NCBI RefSeq assembly: GCF_009914755.1
Contig: NC_060934.1
Direction: 5' to 3' (one strand)
Length of the DNA stretch: 64,000 bases
Origin: the human T2T-CHM13v2.0 reference genome, Homo sapiens
Each line of letters starts with the position of its first letter. The stretch's first letter is position 1. Both the position numbers and the translations under genes were made by a program. This document shows positions 1 through 11,334 of this stretch, piece after piece. The notes beneath the pieces are model-generated. The model saw only the letters and a program-made list of their open reading frames with translations, had not been told where the DNA came from and searched no databases.

Positions 1-942
1 GGCAACGTATGTTAGTATTTTTCCATTTTAATTTAGTTTTCTGTGATCTCTCAGGGTTCTGACCAACCGACCTAAGTATGAAAGACATGACTCAGTAGCA
101 TTTCTTTCCATAATCACACCATTAGAATGAAGTTTTCACCTACTTCACAAGGTTGTGAGGCGGTAGGAAAAAGATCTAAGCGTGTTGTATATTAAAGTGC
201 TTGGCAAACACTATTTAAACCTCCCTGCAAGTATAACTTTTCTCCTCTTACTCCATGCTCTAAAGGATTCAGAGTGAGGCACCTGGAGGAAAAACAGACA
301 CAAAACTACAGAGGAGGCAACAAAACAAAACCAGAGGCACCCTGTTTTCCTTTCATAAATGCTGCAAGCGCAGTCGAACCCGCTATGGAAACCCGACGCT
401 TTGGTTTGCCTTTCAGGGTGCTGGCATGAATGAATAATAACTTCATTTTCAACTTGAGATTAGATAACTTTTATCACCAACACCTACTTCATTTTATCCC
501 TATGTTTTAATAGAATAAGGAATAGAGAATCAATTTGTTGGTAGACCATGCTGAGTAGCTTAGCTTCAGAAAGATTTAGCACCAAATTATAAATGGTGAC
601 ACTTTAATAGTGAGTGTGATGTGCATTGGGAGCCAGCCTGTGGGAGTTTGGCAGTTGGAAAGCCCCATAGCTTCATTTTTTCCAGATTTTTGTACCCTTC
701 CATCAGATAGTAACTCCTTAGCCTTGAGAAACTCTCTTCCAGGACAAGGGGAAAGTTTATTTGAGTTCTAAATTGTTTAATAGCAAATGCATTATTTGTC
801 TCTTTAATGAGACCAAGAAAATGGCTTCAGACCCTGGTTGAACCAGCCAGTTCTCCTTTTGATGGCCACAAACCAAATATGGGCAGTGTAATGATGGTAT
901 GACTCTGGCCTGACTAATATTTTTGTGAGGAGAATGCCATTA

Positions 943-1058
943 TTATGGTGACCATATTTTCCAAACAAAAAATTGGGAACTTTTTATTCAGAGGAAAGAG
1001 GGGCAGAATATTTGAAATTGAGACTGACCCAGGAAATCCAGAATGAATGGTCTTGGTA
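943..1058. mobile_element. MER94-like hAT-Blackjack MITE
   Basis: Begins TATGGTGACCATATTTTCC..AAAAATTGGGA and ends ..GAAATCCAGAATGAATGGTCTTGGTA, resembling degenerate MER94 terminal inverted repeats. Confidence 0.5.
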
Positions 1059-2074
1059 GCTATTGATCACAGCATAAAGGAAAAAGAATGTGAATGAACC
1101 AGTGCAAATCTAATTGGTTGCTAGAAAAGTCAGGAGCCTCAAAATGAATGACTTGCTAGTGGTGGCAAAGAATCACCATCTACATGCAAAGAAAACACAT
1201 TAGATGCCCTGAGAATCCAGTGACTGTTTTTCTCAGAGTTTTTATTTTTCTGTATTTTTGCCGAGTACATTTAGTAGCTACCATGTTTTGGAAATGTGAA
1301 AGTAATGAAATAGATTTAAACTCCAGGTCTTGCTCAGCTAAATAATGTCCCTTTCCAAGGAATCACCTTGAAAGGTTGTCCCCACTTTCCATTTATGCTG
1401 CCATTATGCACAATGTCTCAACCCTTGGATTGAGATTTTTAGAAACAATCCATTCAAGCATCCTGGCTAATGGTGGTTTGGGTCCATATTGACATGTGAT
1501 TATAAAGGACAGGATTGGTTTTATTAGAGATCTTAAAAACTGAATGGAGGTGAAAGGAGATGTCTGGAAATATTTTAAGCAAAGGTAAAACTATATGTTT
1601 TGTATACAAAACACAAACTTGAACACAGACTTGGCCGTTGCTTCACAGTCCTGGCCATGGCTCTCTTCAGTGTTGATGGACAGTTCAGAGGCACTCACAA
1701 ACTCAGAATGCAGCTTTGGTTTGGACTGAGCCTCATGGGCACAAAGCTCATGCCAAAGGGCAGATTGGAATTTAGCCCTGTCTCTTCCACCTTCCTCGGC
1801 TAGATGCCCTTCTACAGGGCACAACCTGCCCAGCCCCACATGGTCATGCTAGCTAGAAGCACATGGAACAGAAGCAGAAGAGCTTCTGAAGCCCAAAACT
1901 TCGATTTTTTTTTCTTGGATTCATACATTATATGCTCAGAACAGTGGAGTCTGTTGAGTTCCAATGGCCTAAAATATGAAGACATTAAATTAATTCAGGT
2001 GAATGCTTTTCTACATGAATATAAAATAATTATTTGGTAACTTTACGAACTATAGATTCTTGAGCTAGCTCATC

Positions 2075-2530
2075 TTTTTTAAAAATTTTTTATTATTATT
2101 TTTTCTTTAGAGACAGGGTCTTGCTCTGTCACCTAGGCTGAAGTATAGTGGTTCAATAATAGCTCACTGCAGTCTGGAACTCCTGGGCTCAAGCAGTCCT
2201 CCTGCTTCAGCCTCCTGAGAAGCTGGGATTATAGATGCATACCACCATGCCCGGATAATTAAAAAAATTTTTTTTGTAGAGACTGGGTCTTGTTTTGTTG
2301 CCCAGGTTGGCGTCAAGTAATCCTCTTGCCTCAGCCCCCTGAGAAGCTGGGAATATGGGCTCGTGCCACCACACCTGGCTAATCAAAAATATATATATAT
2401 ATTTTTTGTAGAGGTAGGGTCTCACGTTGTTGCCCAGGTTTGTCTCAAGCTCCTGGCCTCAAGTGATCTTTCCGCCTTGACCTCTCAAAGTGTTGGGATT
2501 ATAGGCATGAGCCATGGTGTCTGGCCTGGC
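2075..2530 (-). mobile_element. AluJ-type element with three monomers (internal duplication)
   Basis: Right arm ~2110-2260, hybrid monomer ~2277-2383, left arm ~2408-2530; T-rich tail; short TSD CATCTT. Confidence 0.9.
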
Positions 2531-2909
2531 CCATCTTCTATAATCACGTTCAGTCCCTTGCTTTATGGATAAACTGGCCAAGGCCCTAGACAGGTGAAGT
2601 TACTTGAACAGGTTTACATAGCTAATGATGGAAGATCCAGAACTGGAATCAAGGTCTCTATAGACTCTCTCTCCTCATCTCTAAAATATTATAAAAAATA
2701 CATTTCTGATACAAATAGCTGTGTCACCTAGTAGGTTCTCTGTTGATGTTGGCAGATTCTGAACCCTAATGCCTTTACAGTTCCTGGGATGCATACATTC
2801 CTGAAACAGAGCACCAGCCCTGGAAGAGTTCATGGTGGGATAGTGGAGGCAGACATGTCTGTCTCTCACTTATTTCATCCTCTTCCCAGGCTGTAAATAA
2901 CCTTGGTTG

Positions 2910-3068
2910 GGCCAGGCGCGGTGGCTCACGCCTGTACTCCCAGCACTTTGGGAGGCCGAGGCGGGTGGATCACAAGGTCAGGAGATCGAGACCATCCTGG
3001 CTAACATGGTGAAACTCCGTGTCTAATAAAAATACAAAAAATTAGCCAGGCGTGGTAAAAAAAAAAAA
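2910..3068 (+). mobile_element. AluY-type, left arm plus start of right arm then poly(A)
   Basis: GGCCAGGCGCGGTGGCTCACG..GAGATCGAGACCATCCTGGCTAAC..ATTAGCCAGGCGTGGT then A12; TSD AATAACCTT(G/A)GTTG at 2896-2909 and 3074-3087. Confidence 0.93.
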
Positions 3069-3544
3069 GTAATAATAACCTTAGTTGGTGCATAGTTTCT
3101 CAGGTTTGTCCTGCCTTCTCTGATCCATTATGGTTTTCTTGGCTGATCCTGTCTTCATTTCTTTAAGAAACTGGCACATCTTGTTGCAATAACATTGTCA
3201 ATTCTTTAAGTGCTCAGAGATGCCCTTTTAATTTGGATGTAGCCAGGTTTTGTGAGTTCATTTCTCCCCTTAGTCTAGTTTCTTTCCATCCTTCACTTGG
3301 CAGGTAGTTCTCTCTGGTTAATGAGTGTGAGTGCTTCAAAGCATACAGAGCAGCCATGGGGTCCCTCCCAGTCTCTCAGGAGGATATTTCCCGTTGTTCT
3401 TTTTCTTTTATTTGTGAGAAGCAGAGCCAAATGCAAGACACTGAGCCCAGCAGGAGGGGCCAGACCTGGCCCAGGAAGAGCCAGTATGGTCTGGGCTGCA
3501 AGGAATTGAGCCAGGAACCCCAGGCTCATAAAACATCAGCACTG

Positions 3545-3690
3545 CAAGGGCCTTAGAGACCATCAGGTCCAACCCTTCATTTTCAGAATAGGAAACTGAG
3601 GCTCAAAGAGACAATGACCTTTCACAGGTCTGGTCAGGCATCAGTTTCAGAGCCAGGCCTGGAGCCCAGGTTGCTCTCAGATCAACTTTC
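3545..3690 (-). mobile_element. MIR SINE
   Basis: Core motif CATTTTCAGAATAGGAAACTGAGGCTCAAAGAG. Confidence 0.65.
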
Positions 3691-3799
3691 CTGCCCTGTG
3701 CCTGGATGCCAAACACTATTTCTGACCCATTGGGTGTGGAGCTGAACTGATCAAATTATAACAGCTAAGTAATGGAGGGCTTAAGGCTCCATAATGATT

Positions 3800-4050
3800 A
3801 AAGGTATGAGGTTAGGGGCATGCCTAGTTTCAAATTCTGACCTGGCACTTACTATTTATAGCTCTGAGGCTTAATGCAAGTTACTTACCCTCTCTGTGCT
3901 GCTATTTATTTCTAAATAATTGTACCTACCTCTTAGAGTTGTTGTAAAGATTAGTAGACTTTTATACGTTGAATGTTAACATATGTTAACAAACACGTTA
4001 CAAATGTTTCAGCATTTAGAACAGTAGCTGGCACTATGTAGCTGTTGTTG
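3800..4050 (+). mobile_element. MIR SINE
   Basis: GTTTCAAATTCTGA..CACTTACT..CAAGTTACTTACCCTCTCTGTG..GTTGTTGTAAAGATT. Confidence 0.65.
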
Positions 4051-4127
4051 TTTCCTTTTATTCTTTTTTAAAATTTTGTTATTTTTTTATAAATAACCTT
4101 TTTAAAATAAAAAACCTTTTAAAAAAT

Positions 4128-4215
4128 AAAAAGCCAAATTTAGCAGTGGGTTTTGTATACCAACTTTAGTGACACTGTTAATAAGTTCTGATAACCCACT
4201 ACCATTGGACCAACC
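4128..4215 (-). pseudogene. Y4 RNA (RNY4) retropseudogene
   Basis: Reverse complement reads GGTTGGTCCAATGGTAGTGGGTTATCAGAACTTATTAACAGTGTCACTAAAGTTGGTATACAAAACCCACTGCTAAATTTGGCTTTTT, which is hY4 with a few substitutions and small deletions; AT-rich tail; probable TSD CTTT(T/G)ATTCTT at 4055-4065 and 4218-4228. Confidence 0.93.
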
Positions 4216-5734
4216 TTCTTTGATTCTTGTCTTGATTTTTAACCACAATGCTATATTACCTCCAGGTAAATAAAGATTTTTCTCTAGGGACCCTGACAGA
4301 ATAGCTATAAAACGTGGTATACTGTCTCTTAAGTGCTATATGAGTGGCAGGGTAATTTGGGTAGTCTTAGAAGGCTTCATGGGAGAAGTGGGATATTAGT
4401 TCCTGCCAGGGGCCAGAATTGCTTGTCTCCCTACCAGTGAGAAGGCAAAGTGTTCCGCCATAAGAAAATTGACCACCGTTTTCTTTCACAGGAGTCCATG
4501 GGATTTATTCCAAAAATAATATTGATTTCTGAGGCCCTTTTGCCATTTTGTTTTAGCCAGTTCTTTTCCTCCCGCCTTTTATGACTTCACATAAAATTTA
4601 AAGGGATATAATTGCTCTCAATAGAATTGAAATTTTCCTGTTGTGTTTTCAAAGCATCTATTTTGAAAATTGCCTTCTACACTTTGCAGAAATTGTTGCC
4701 AGCATCTGTTGATGTGAGGCAAAGGGGACCAATGTATTTATTTTTATTTGTTTTTTTGTTTATATAGTTAGTCATTTTCAGTAGTGAAATAAGCACCGAT
4801 GAACTTAACAGCCAATAGTAAAACTAGAACCTTGACAAACCCTATGCCTAGCCATATGGTTCCCTGCTCTTGACCACCCCAAACCTCTACATGTCCCTCC
4901 CTTCCCAGGTACCATCTTCCTTAATTCTGTTTCTGTCATTCCCTTACTTTCCTTTTATACAGTGTTATTGCATCTACATGTATTCTTAAGAACTGTATAT
5001 TTTAATAAATGCCACTGAATTGTACACTTCAAAATGGTGATTACTATGTGAATTCATGTCAAAAAAAACTTCAGATTTTAAATTTTAGTTGTTTTGAAGT
5101 TTATATAAAGGTACACTGTGTACAATCTTTTGGGACTTATTTTACACTGTATTTTATTCCTAAGATTCATTTATACTTTTGTAGGTTGCTGTAGTTCATT
5201 TGTTTTAATTGCTGTATTATATTCCTGTATGTGAATATATCATACTTTACTGGTGCATTCTCCAGTTGATGGACATTTAGAGTGTTTCTATGTTTTTGGT
5301 ATTTTAAACAATCCATCCATGAATATTTTTGTATATGTTCTTTGTTATATGTGTCCAAAATTTTCTCTTGGATATATCCCTAGAAAGCAAACTGTTGAAA
5401 CACAGGGTATGTGAATGTTCAAATTTAGGAGATAGTAGTAAACTGTTTTCTAAAGTGGTTGCATCAGTTTACACACCCCCCAACCCTTGCCACTATGATG
5501 TACAAAATATTCTTTGGATCTACACTCTCTCTAATACTTTATATGTTTCAACTTGTTATTTTGCCAATCAAATGGATTAAAAAATATTTCTTTGTTTAAT
5601 TTTGCATTTTCCTGATCACTGATGATGTTTACCATATTTTTGTGTTTTAATTGGCCGTGTAGTTTTTGTGTGTGTAAAATGCCCATTTTCTGTTGGGTTG
5701 CTTGTGCTTCTTTATTGATTTGTAGGATTTATTA

Positions 5735-5878
5735 AATATATATATGTGCATATATACATATATATTTAATATATTTATAAATAATATAAATATATATTAA
5801 ATATATATGTATATATGCACATATATGTATATACACACATATATATAGAGAGAGAGAGAGGGAGAGAGAGGGAGAGAG
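5735..5878. repeat. (TA)n-rich palindromic tract followed by (GA)n
   Basis: Read directly; sits in the tail position of the adjacent minus-strand Alu. Confidence 0.9.
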
Positions 5879-6153
5879 ACAGAGTCTTACTCTGTCACCC
5901 ATGCTAGAGTGCAGTGGCAGGATCTTGGCTCGCTACAGTATCAAACTTCTGTGTTCAAAAGATCCTCCCTACTTCAGCCTCCCGAGTAGCTGGGACTACA
6001 GGCATGCATGCCTGGCTATTTTTTTTTATTTTTAGTAGGGATGGCATCTCACTGTGTTGCCTAGGCTGGTCTTGAACTCCTGAGCTCAAGCTATGCTCCT
6101 GCCTCAGCCTTCCAGAATACTGGGATTATAGGCATGAGCCAGTGTGCCTGGCC
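5875..6153 (-). mobile_element. AluJ
   Basis: Two diverged arms ending GGCATGAGCCAGTGTGCCTGGCC. Confidence 0.9.
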
Positions 6154-6666
6154 AGATATATTCTTAATATTATCTTTTTTTGTTTGTGTATAGTGTTAAT
6201 ACTTTCTCCTATATTTTAATTGTCTTTTCTTTTTTGTAAGATTTTGAATAAGCAAAATTCTTAAATTTTATAGTCAAACTTATTAAAGTTTTATGAACAC
6301 TGCTTTTTGTTTATTAAATGTTTTCTCTCTACCTAAAGTCTAAGATATTCACTTATATTTTCTGCTAGAAGCTTTAAAGTTTTATTTTTGACATCGAATT
6401 CCCTAACCCATTTAAATCTTTGATTTTGTATATGGTGTGACGTAGGCAGGAATCCATTGTCATTTTCTGTGTCAATATTCATTTTCCAGCTCTAATCTGA
6501 CATGTCACCTCTATCATATACCAAAATTCCATACATGTGTGGGCCTTCTCTGAGCCCTTTAATTTAGTTCATTGGTTAATTCATCCATCACTGTGCCAGT
6601 AACATTAGGAAGTCCTAACAACATTTTTTAAGAAGTGTCTTTACTATTCCTGGCCCTTTAGTTACC

Positions 6667-6705
<39 letters not shown>
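6667..6705. repeat. (CTGT)n(CT)n compound microsatellite
   Basis: Read directly. Confidence 0.9.
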
Positions 6706-6709
6706 ATAA

Positions 6710-7150
6710 TTATTGTTGAAGTATAACACATCTACAGAAAAATATGCAAATCATATAAGGTGTACAGGTCAATGTATTTCACAAAGTAAACACAGATTTA
6801 GCCAGCACCCAAACCAACAAATGGAATATTAGCACCCCAGAAGCCTTTGTTGTATCTCCTTTCAGTGTCTCTCTCCCTCCCACAAAACAAACTAATATTG
6901 TCTTCTAACACCATTCACTTGGCCTATTTTTGAACATTATATAAAAGAATTCATAGTTGGTACTATTTTGTATGTCTCCTTTTACCCAACCTTATATCTG
7001 TAAGATTCATCCATGTCGCTGGATGTAGTTATAGTTTGTACATTCTCATTGCTATTTCCCATTTCATTTCATGAATATCCCACTCTTTATTCATTCCCCT
7101 GTTAACAGTCATTTGGTTTGTTCACCGTTTGGGGCTTCTATGAATAGTGC
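6710..7150 (-). mobile_element. L1ME-like 3' fragment
   Basis: TTGAAGTATAACA..ACAAAGTAAACAC..AGATTCATCCATGT..CATTTGGTTTGTT. Confidence 0.65.
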
Positions 7151-7225
7151 TAGTCTGTTTCCTGCCAGCCTTTAAGTCCTTGCCTGAGCTAGTTCCCTCT
7201 TCTTGTCATATCTCTATTTACTCCA

Positions 7226-7609
7226 CGTATTAGTCCATTTTCACACTGCTATAAATATACTACTGGAGACTGGGTAATTTGTAAACAAAGGAGGTTTAAT
7301 TGACTCACAGTTCCACATGGCTGCAGAGGGCTTAGGAAACTTACAATCAGGCGGAAGGGGAAGCAGTCACCTTCTTCACAAGGTGGCAGGGGAGAGAGAA
7401 AGCATGTGAAGGGGGAACTGTCAAACACTTATAAAACCATCAGATCTTATGAGAACTTATTCACTATCATGAGAACAGCATGGGGGAAACTTCCCCCATG
7501 ATGCAATCTCCAGTCACCTCCCACCAGGACACTCCCTCAACACGTGGGGTCTATGGGGATTACAGTTAGAGATGAGATTTGGGTGGGGACACAAAGCCAA
7601 ACTATATTA
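7226..7609 (-). mobile_element. THE1 (THE1D-like) solo LTR, ERVL-MaLR
   Basis: (T)GTATTAGTCCATTTTCACACTGCT..ATAAAACCATCAGATCT..GAGATTTGGGTGGGGACACA; 5-bp TSD CTCCA on both sides. Confidence 0.93.
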
Positions 7610-7816
7610 CTCCACTACTTAAGATCCTGGCCATTTAACAAAACCTAGGTAAGTACATCCCATCCCTTTTGTGAAGAGCTCTTAGACTACCCTAATCTAC
7701 CAAGTTCTTCTCTGTCAGGGCATCTAACCTTGTAGCTTATGAGTTGAACTATAAGTGTAATACTTGGAAGGTTTTTTTGCAAAAAAATAAAAATTTAAAA
7801 GAAAACAAAAAAATAA

Positions 7817-8853
7817 TTATCTAGCACATATGAATTAAGAGAAGTTTTTCCTAAACATGTAAACACTGAGTTTACTTGTAGTCATAATATGCAAGGAAAG
7901 GAGGGAAGAAACAGCTTCCAAGAGTTTGTTCAATTCAAAGAGATGATTGGCATAACCAACTTGCATTTCATCTTTCTTCAGAAGAAAGCATAGGCTAGGT
8001 TCACAGCATGAAGTGATGGAGAAAATGATCAAGGTTGTTGACTTACATGGTTCTGCTCCTAACTCTGGCCAGTTTATGGGATGGGATACTTGTAAGAGCT
8101 GAGGCAGAGTATTAATATTTAGTTTGTGAAGCTGTCAGATCACTAGGCAATGGAAACTTGAAAAGATCTCCTCAACTACTTTTTCAGATTAAGGATTTTG
8201 GGGTACCAAAAAGCCATGTGACTTAGTAGTGGTTTGAAGTGCATCATTTTCTTACCAATGGGACAAGATATCTGAATACACTGAATTAGAAAATGTTAAG
8301 ATAAAAGCAAAATTCAAGCCAAACAAATAAGACTTTCAGAGTTACCAGCCTGGGTGATAGAGCGAGACTCCAACTCAAAAAAAAAAAAAAAAAAAAAAAA
8401 AAGACTTTCAGAGTTACTTAGAAGAAATGGAAATTGCAGAAGAGATTTGCAGTTTTTCATGTGTAAGAACCGTGCATGAAGATTTTGCCAGCTGCTCTGG
8501 TCTAGTTAGATGATTAAACATCTGCTTCATCATCGAAGCTCATTGTAAAAGAAACTGATCCATCTAAAAAAGAAGTCATGCCCATCCAAAGGATACGTCA
8601 TTCAAATAATTTTGTAGATAAGTATATGCATCCCAAAACTAGCCGGAAATTTCTGATTATGTGGTCAAACACTTGGCAATGTTGGAGGCCAATGGGCATT
8701 GTAAAATTACTGCTAAGATTGAAACTTAAAGTGGCTGTTAGTAAAATAGGCCTGGATTCAGAATTGAAATGCGCTGGAACTGAATACAGTCCACAGTTTC
8801 TAAACCTGCTAAACATCAGTATTCTCATCAACGTGATTAAAATTGAACAGTGA
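7817..8853 (+). mobile_element. Decayed hAT transposase coding fossil (Charlie/Buster/SPIN clade)
   Basis: Hand translation gives collinear motifs TCSHNMQGKEG (~TDGAPxMxGK), LHFIFLQ (~FHCIIHQ), EVMEKMIKVVD..NSGQF (~VMxxVVKIVN..LNHRQF), AEY*YLVCEAVRSLGNGNLKR (~EYxDLLYHTEVRWLSRGKVLKR), WFEVHHFLTNGTRYLNTLN*KM (~WLxDLAFLTDITxHLNxLNxKL), KFLIMWSNTWQC..LDSELKCAGTEYSPQF (~KLLSMFGSTYxCE..LxSELRCAxTxYxPDF); stops and frameshifts present. Confidence 0.8.
8346..8400 (+). mobile_element. Extremely 5'-truncated Alu (~31 nt plus poly(A))
   Basis: CAGCCTGGGTGATAGAGCGAGACTCCAACTC plus a pure A-run, flanked by a perfect 17-bp TSD AAGACTTTCAGAGTTAC (8329-8345, 8401-8417). Confidence 0.92.
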
Positions 8854-10194
8854 CAAGCACACATCTACATACCTACTTGTGATCATGTGACTCACTACTT
8901 GGCTGCCTTCATTTGTATTTGTTTAATCTTACCTAACTTGGCTTTAAACTTAAAATTATAAAAGTAATACACTCTCCTTGTAAAGAAAAATCGGTGTATA
9001 AAACTTTTAAAGTGACCTCTTCTCCAATTTCTCCCACCAAGTGAACAAACAGTTCATTGGTTCTGGTTTCACACTTTCCTGTGAATTCTGTCTAGGTTTT
9101 CAGCTCCTTCGGGGCATGAATTTCTTATTTAATTTTGTAATCCTTTTTATCCAGAATAGTGCTTTGCACAAAACAAGTTCTCAGTACATAACTTATTTGA
9201 CTAATGATTGATTGAATAAGGATTGGAGGGGAGAATGCCCACATGGAAACCTAGAGGCTTGTAACCAAACCAAAAAGCAATGTTTTCAAAGTTCAATTCA
9301 GTTGCATTTGACAAGAAGTATTACTAATAACCTTTAAAGGAGCACTCTAATTGCTACTTTTCTAATTCCTCCTTCCCCCTAAATACCAACTCACAAAGAG
9401 ATAATAAACAAATCTTTGAGAAAAGGTAAGTGTGAGTCCCTCCTCCCTACTTCTCCTTCTTAGAGTGAGGGACATGAGGCAGGAGAGGCTGGGGAAGACA
9501 GTAGAGGTGTCCTCGCAGTAGATAAATCTGTTACTCTGTATTGCCTGACTGTAAAATTTGCTGTGGAACATTTTTATTGGTAATTTCTTTTGCAGATGTT
9601 TCTGGAGAAAGTTGAAATTATGCTGGTAAAAACATATCTAGACTCCACATTGCAAATTTAAACATATTGTATTTTATTTCCTTAAGCAAAAAGGGAACTC
9701 TTTTTCCCCCTCCTTCTTTTCTTTCTTTCTTTTTCTTTTTTTCTTTTTTAAGCTAGAAAAAAGGAATGAGGAAAGTCCAAAGTGTCTTTTCCTATTTGGA
9801 CTGAAAAATTAATTATGGCTTTGGGAATAAAGGTAGTGAGCATCATATCTCATTTCTAGTTAACCGGTAGTTCCCTTTACATATAAAGAGCAATTACTTT
9901 TGAAGACTCAAAAAATATATAGTCTTAAGGTGTGCTTCATATTATTTCCCCATGGTTTCATTTTTATTTCATTATCCTCTGACTCCATGACAAAATGTTT
10001 ATTTGGTGCTTGCAAATTGAAAAAATCTGGAGTGGAATAAGCCACTTGCCATTTCTGATTAATTGCCTTGGATATGCTTTTAAATCCTCCCACTGAACCT
10101 GAAGCGTACTGTCCCAAATAACGCTTTTTGAAGAGAAAACTTTTGGAATGCCCTTCATTTCTTTGAGTTTTCATAAGAGTGGAATGTGTTATAC

Positions 10195-10430
10195 AGGCAG
10201 CCTAGTGAGCAGTTAAGAGCTGGGCTCTGGAAGGAGTCCCGGCTCCACCGTTAACTAGCAGTGGAGCCTTCAGCAATTTACTTAATCTCCCTAAGCCTCA
10301 GTTTTTCTCACCTCTATAATGAGAATCATGAAAATAACACCTAATCTAGAGAGTCATGAGGATTCGGTATCTGAAAAAGCAACATGGCACATAGAAATTG
10401 TTCAATAGATTTTAGCTGCTGCTATTGTCA
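10195..10430 (+). mobile_element. MIR SINE
   Basis: CAGCCTAGTGAGCAGTTAAGAGC..TTACTTAATCTCCCTAAGCCTCAGTTTTTCTCACCT. Confidence 0.7.
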
Positions 10431-10499
10431 TTATGATCTCTGTGACTACTAATCGTAAGAATGAATTGTGAAGATCTTTAGTACAGGAATGTGCTCTTT

Positions 10500-10720
10500 A
10501 TGTCTGAGCAAATATTTTGCACATTGCCACAGTCTTTATTTGTTAGCACGCATGACATTTTTACTTTGCTATGTGGTCATTTATAGTCGGTTGCCCCTCC
10601 TAGATTGTAAGCCTGCTGGCCGGAGGGAGCAGCTCTTCTAGATTAGCCTTTGCATGCACCAGTAGACTCAGAAGGCCTTGCACTTAGCAGGTCCTCAAGA
10701 AAGGCTTATTGAATGCACTG
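10500..10720 (+). mobile_element. L2 3' end
   Basis: CTAGATTGTAAGCC..GCACTTAGCAGGTCCTCAAG..TATTGAATG. Confidence 0.55.
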
Positions 10721-11334
10721 GGAAGTTATAGGTGGAGGGCTGGGATCCAGCTTGCTCCAGAGTGAGGTCTCTGCCTCAGAAATATCCTCGCAGCAGTTGA
10801 ATAAGGGCCAGGACTAGGGTTTGGGATTTCGCATTTCAACCAGGAATTGGAGCTGCCAAGATGCTAGTCACAATAGTGAGAGCCAGCCTTCCAGTCGCTG
10901 AATGAAGTTGAAAAGTAGAACAGATTTGGAAAACAGAAGTTATTTCATTTTTCAGGGTGACCAGATTAGTTTTTCTTTATTTTTTTTATATTGCATATTT
11001 TGAATTATTAAAAAGTAAATGGTTCAGAACATGAGATTCAGATTTGTAAACTGCCAGAATCCAGGTTGAAGAAACAGGCAGTAAGAGTGTCAGTAGAAAT
11101 TATCCAATCATCAAGGGAAAAATGCAAGTCTGAGAGTCTCCTGACATAATTAAGGAAGTGAGTCTTCCTTATGGTCTAGTGGGGCCTTCCTTCTGTCACG
11201 GCAATTAAAGACACATCCCTAGGCACAAAAACACATCACATGGAAAGTTGGAGAGCCCCTCATTTCTCTAGTCTTTTAATACAGCAGAAAAGAAAAGGTA
11301 CATAATGCGGTGGTCTGCTTGGTGAAGGAGACTG

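Larger units (their letters stand above)
4780..6650 (-). mobile_element. Old L1M (L1ME-like) fragment interrupted by an Alu and microsatellite
   Basis: L1M 3' motifs GTTGATGGACATTTAG, TTTTGCCAATC, TTTGCATTTTCCTGATCACT, TTGATTTTGTATATGGTGTGA. Confidence 0.7.

Noticed and set aside
1591-2040. Overlapping 67-82 aa ORFs
   Set aside because: No recognisable domain, no convincing splice or start context; lengths expected by chance
7835-8032. Minus-strand ORF with VGYANHLFELNKL, superficially transposase-like
   Set aside because: The collinear hAT motifs are on the + strand; this ORF, like 8598-8864, is its antisense shadow
9415-9435. Perfect donor AAG|GTAAGT at 9425
   Set aside because: No matching upstream acceptor or ORF identified; isolated consensus sites are common
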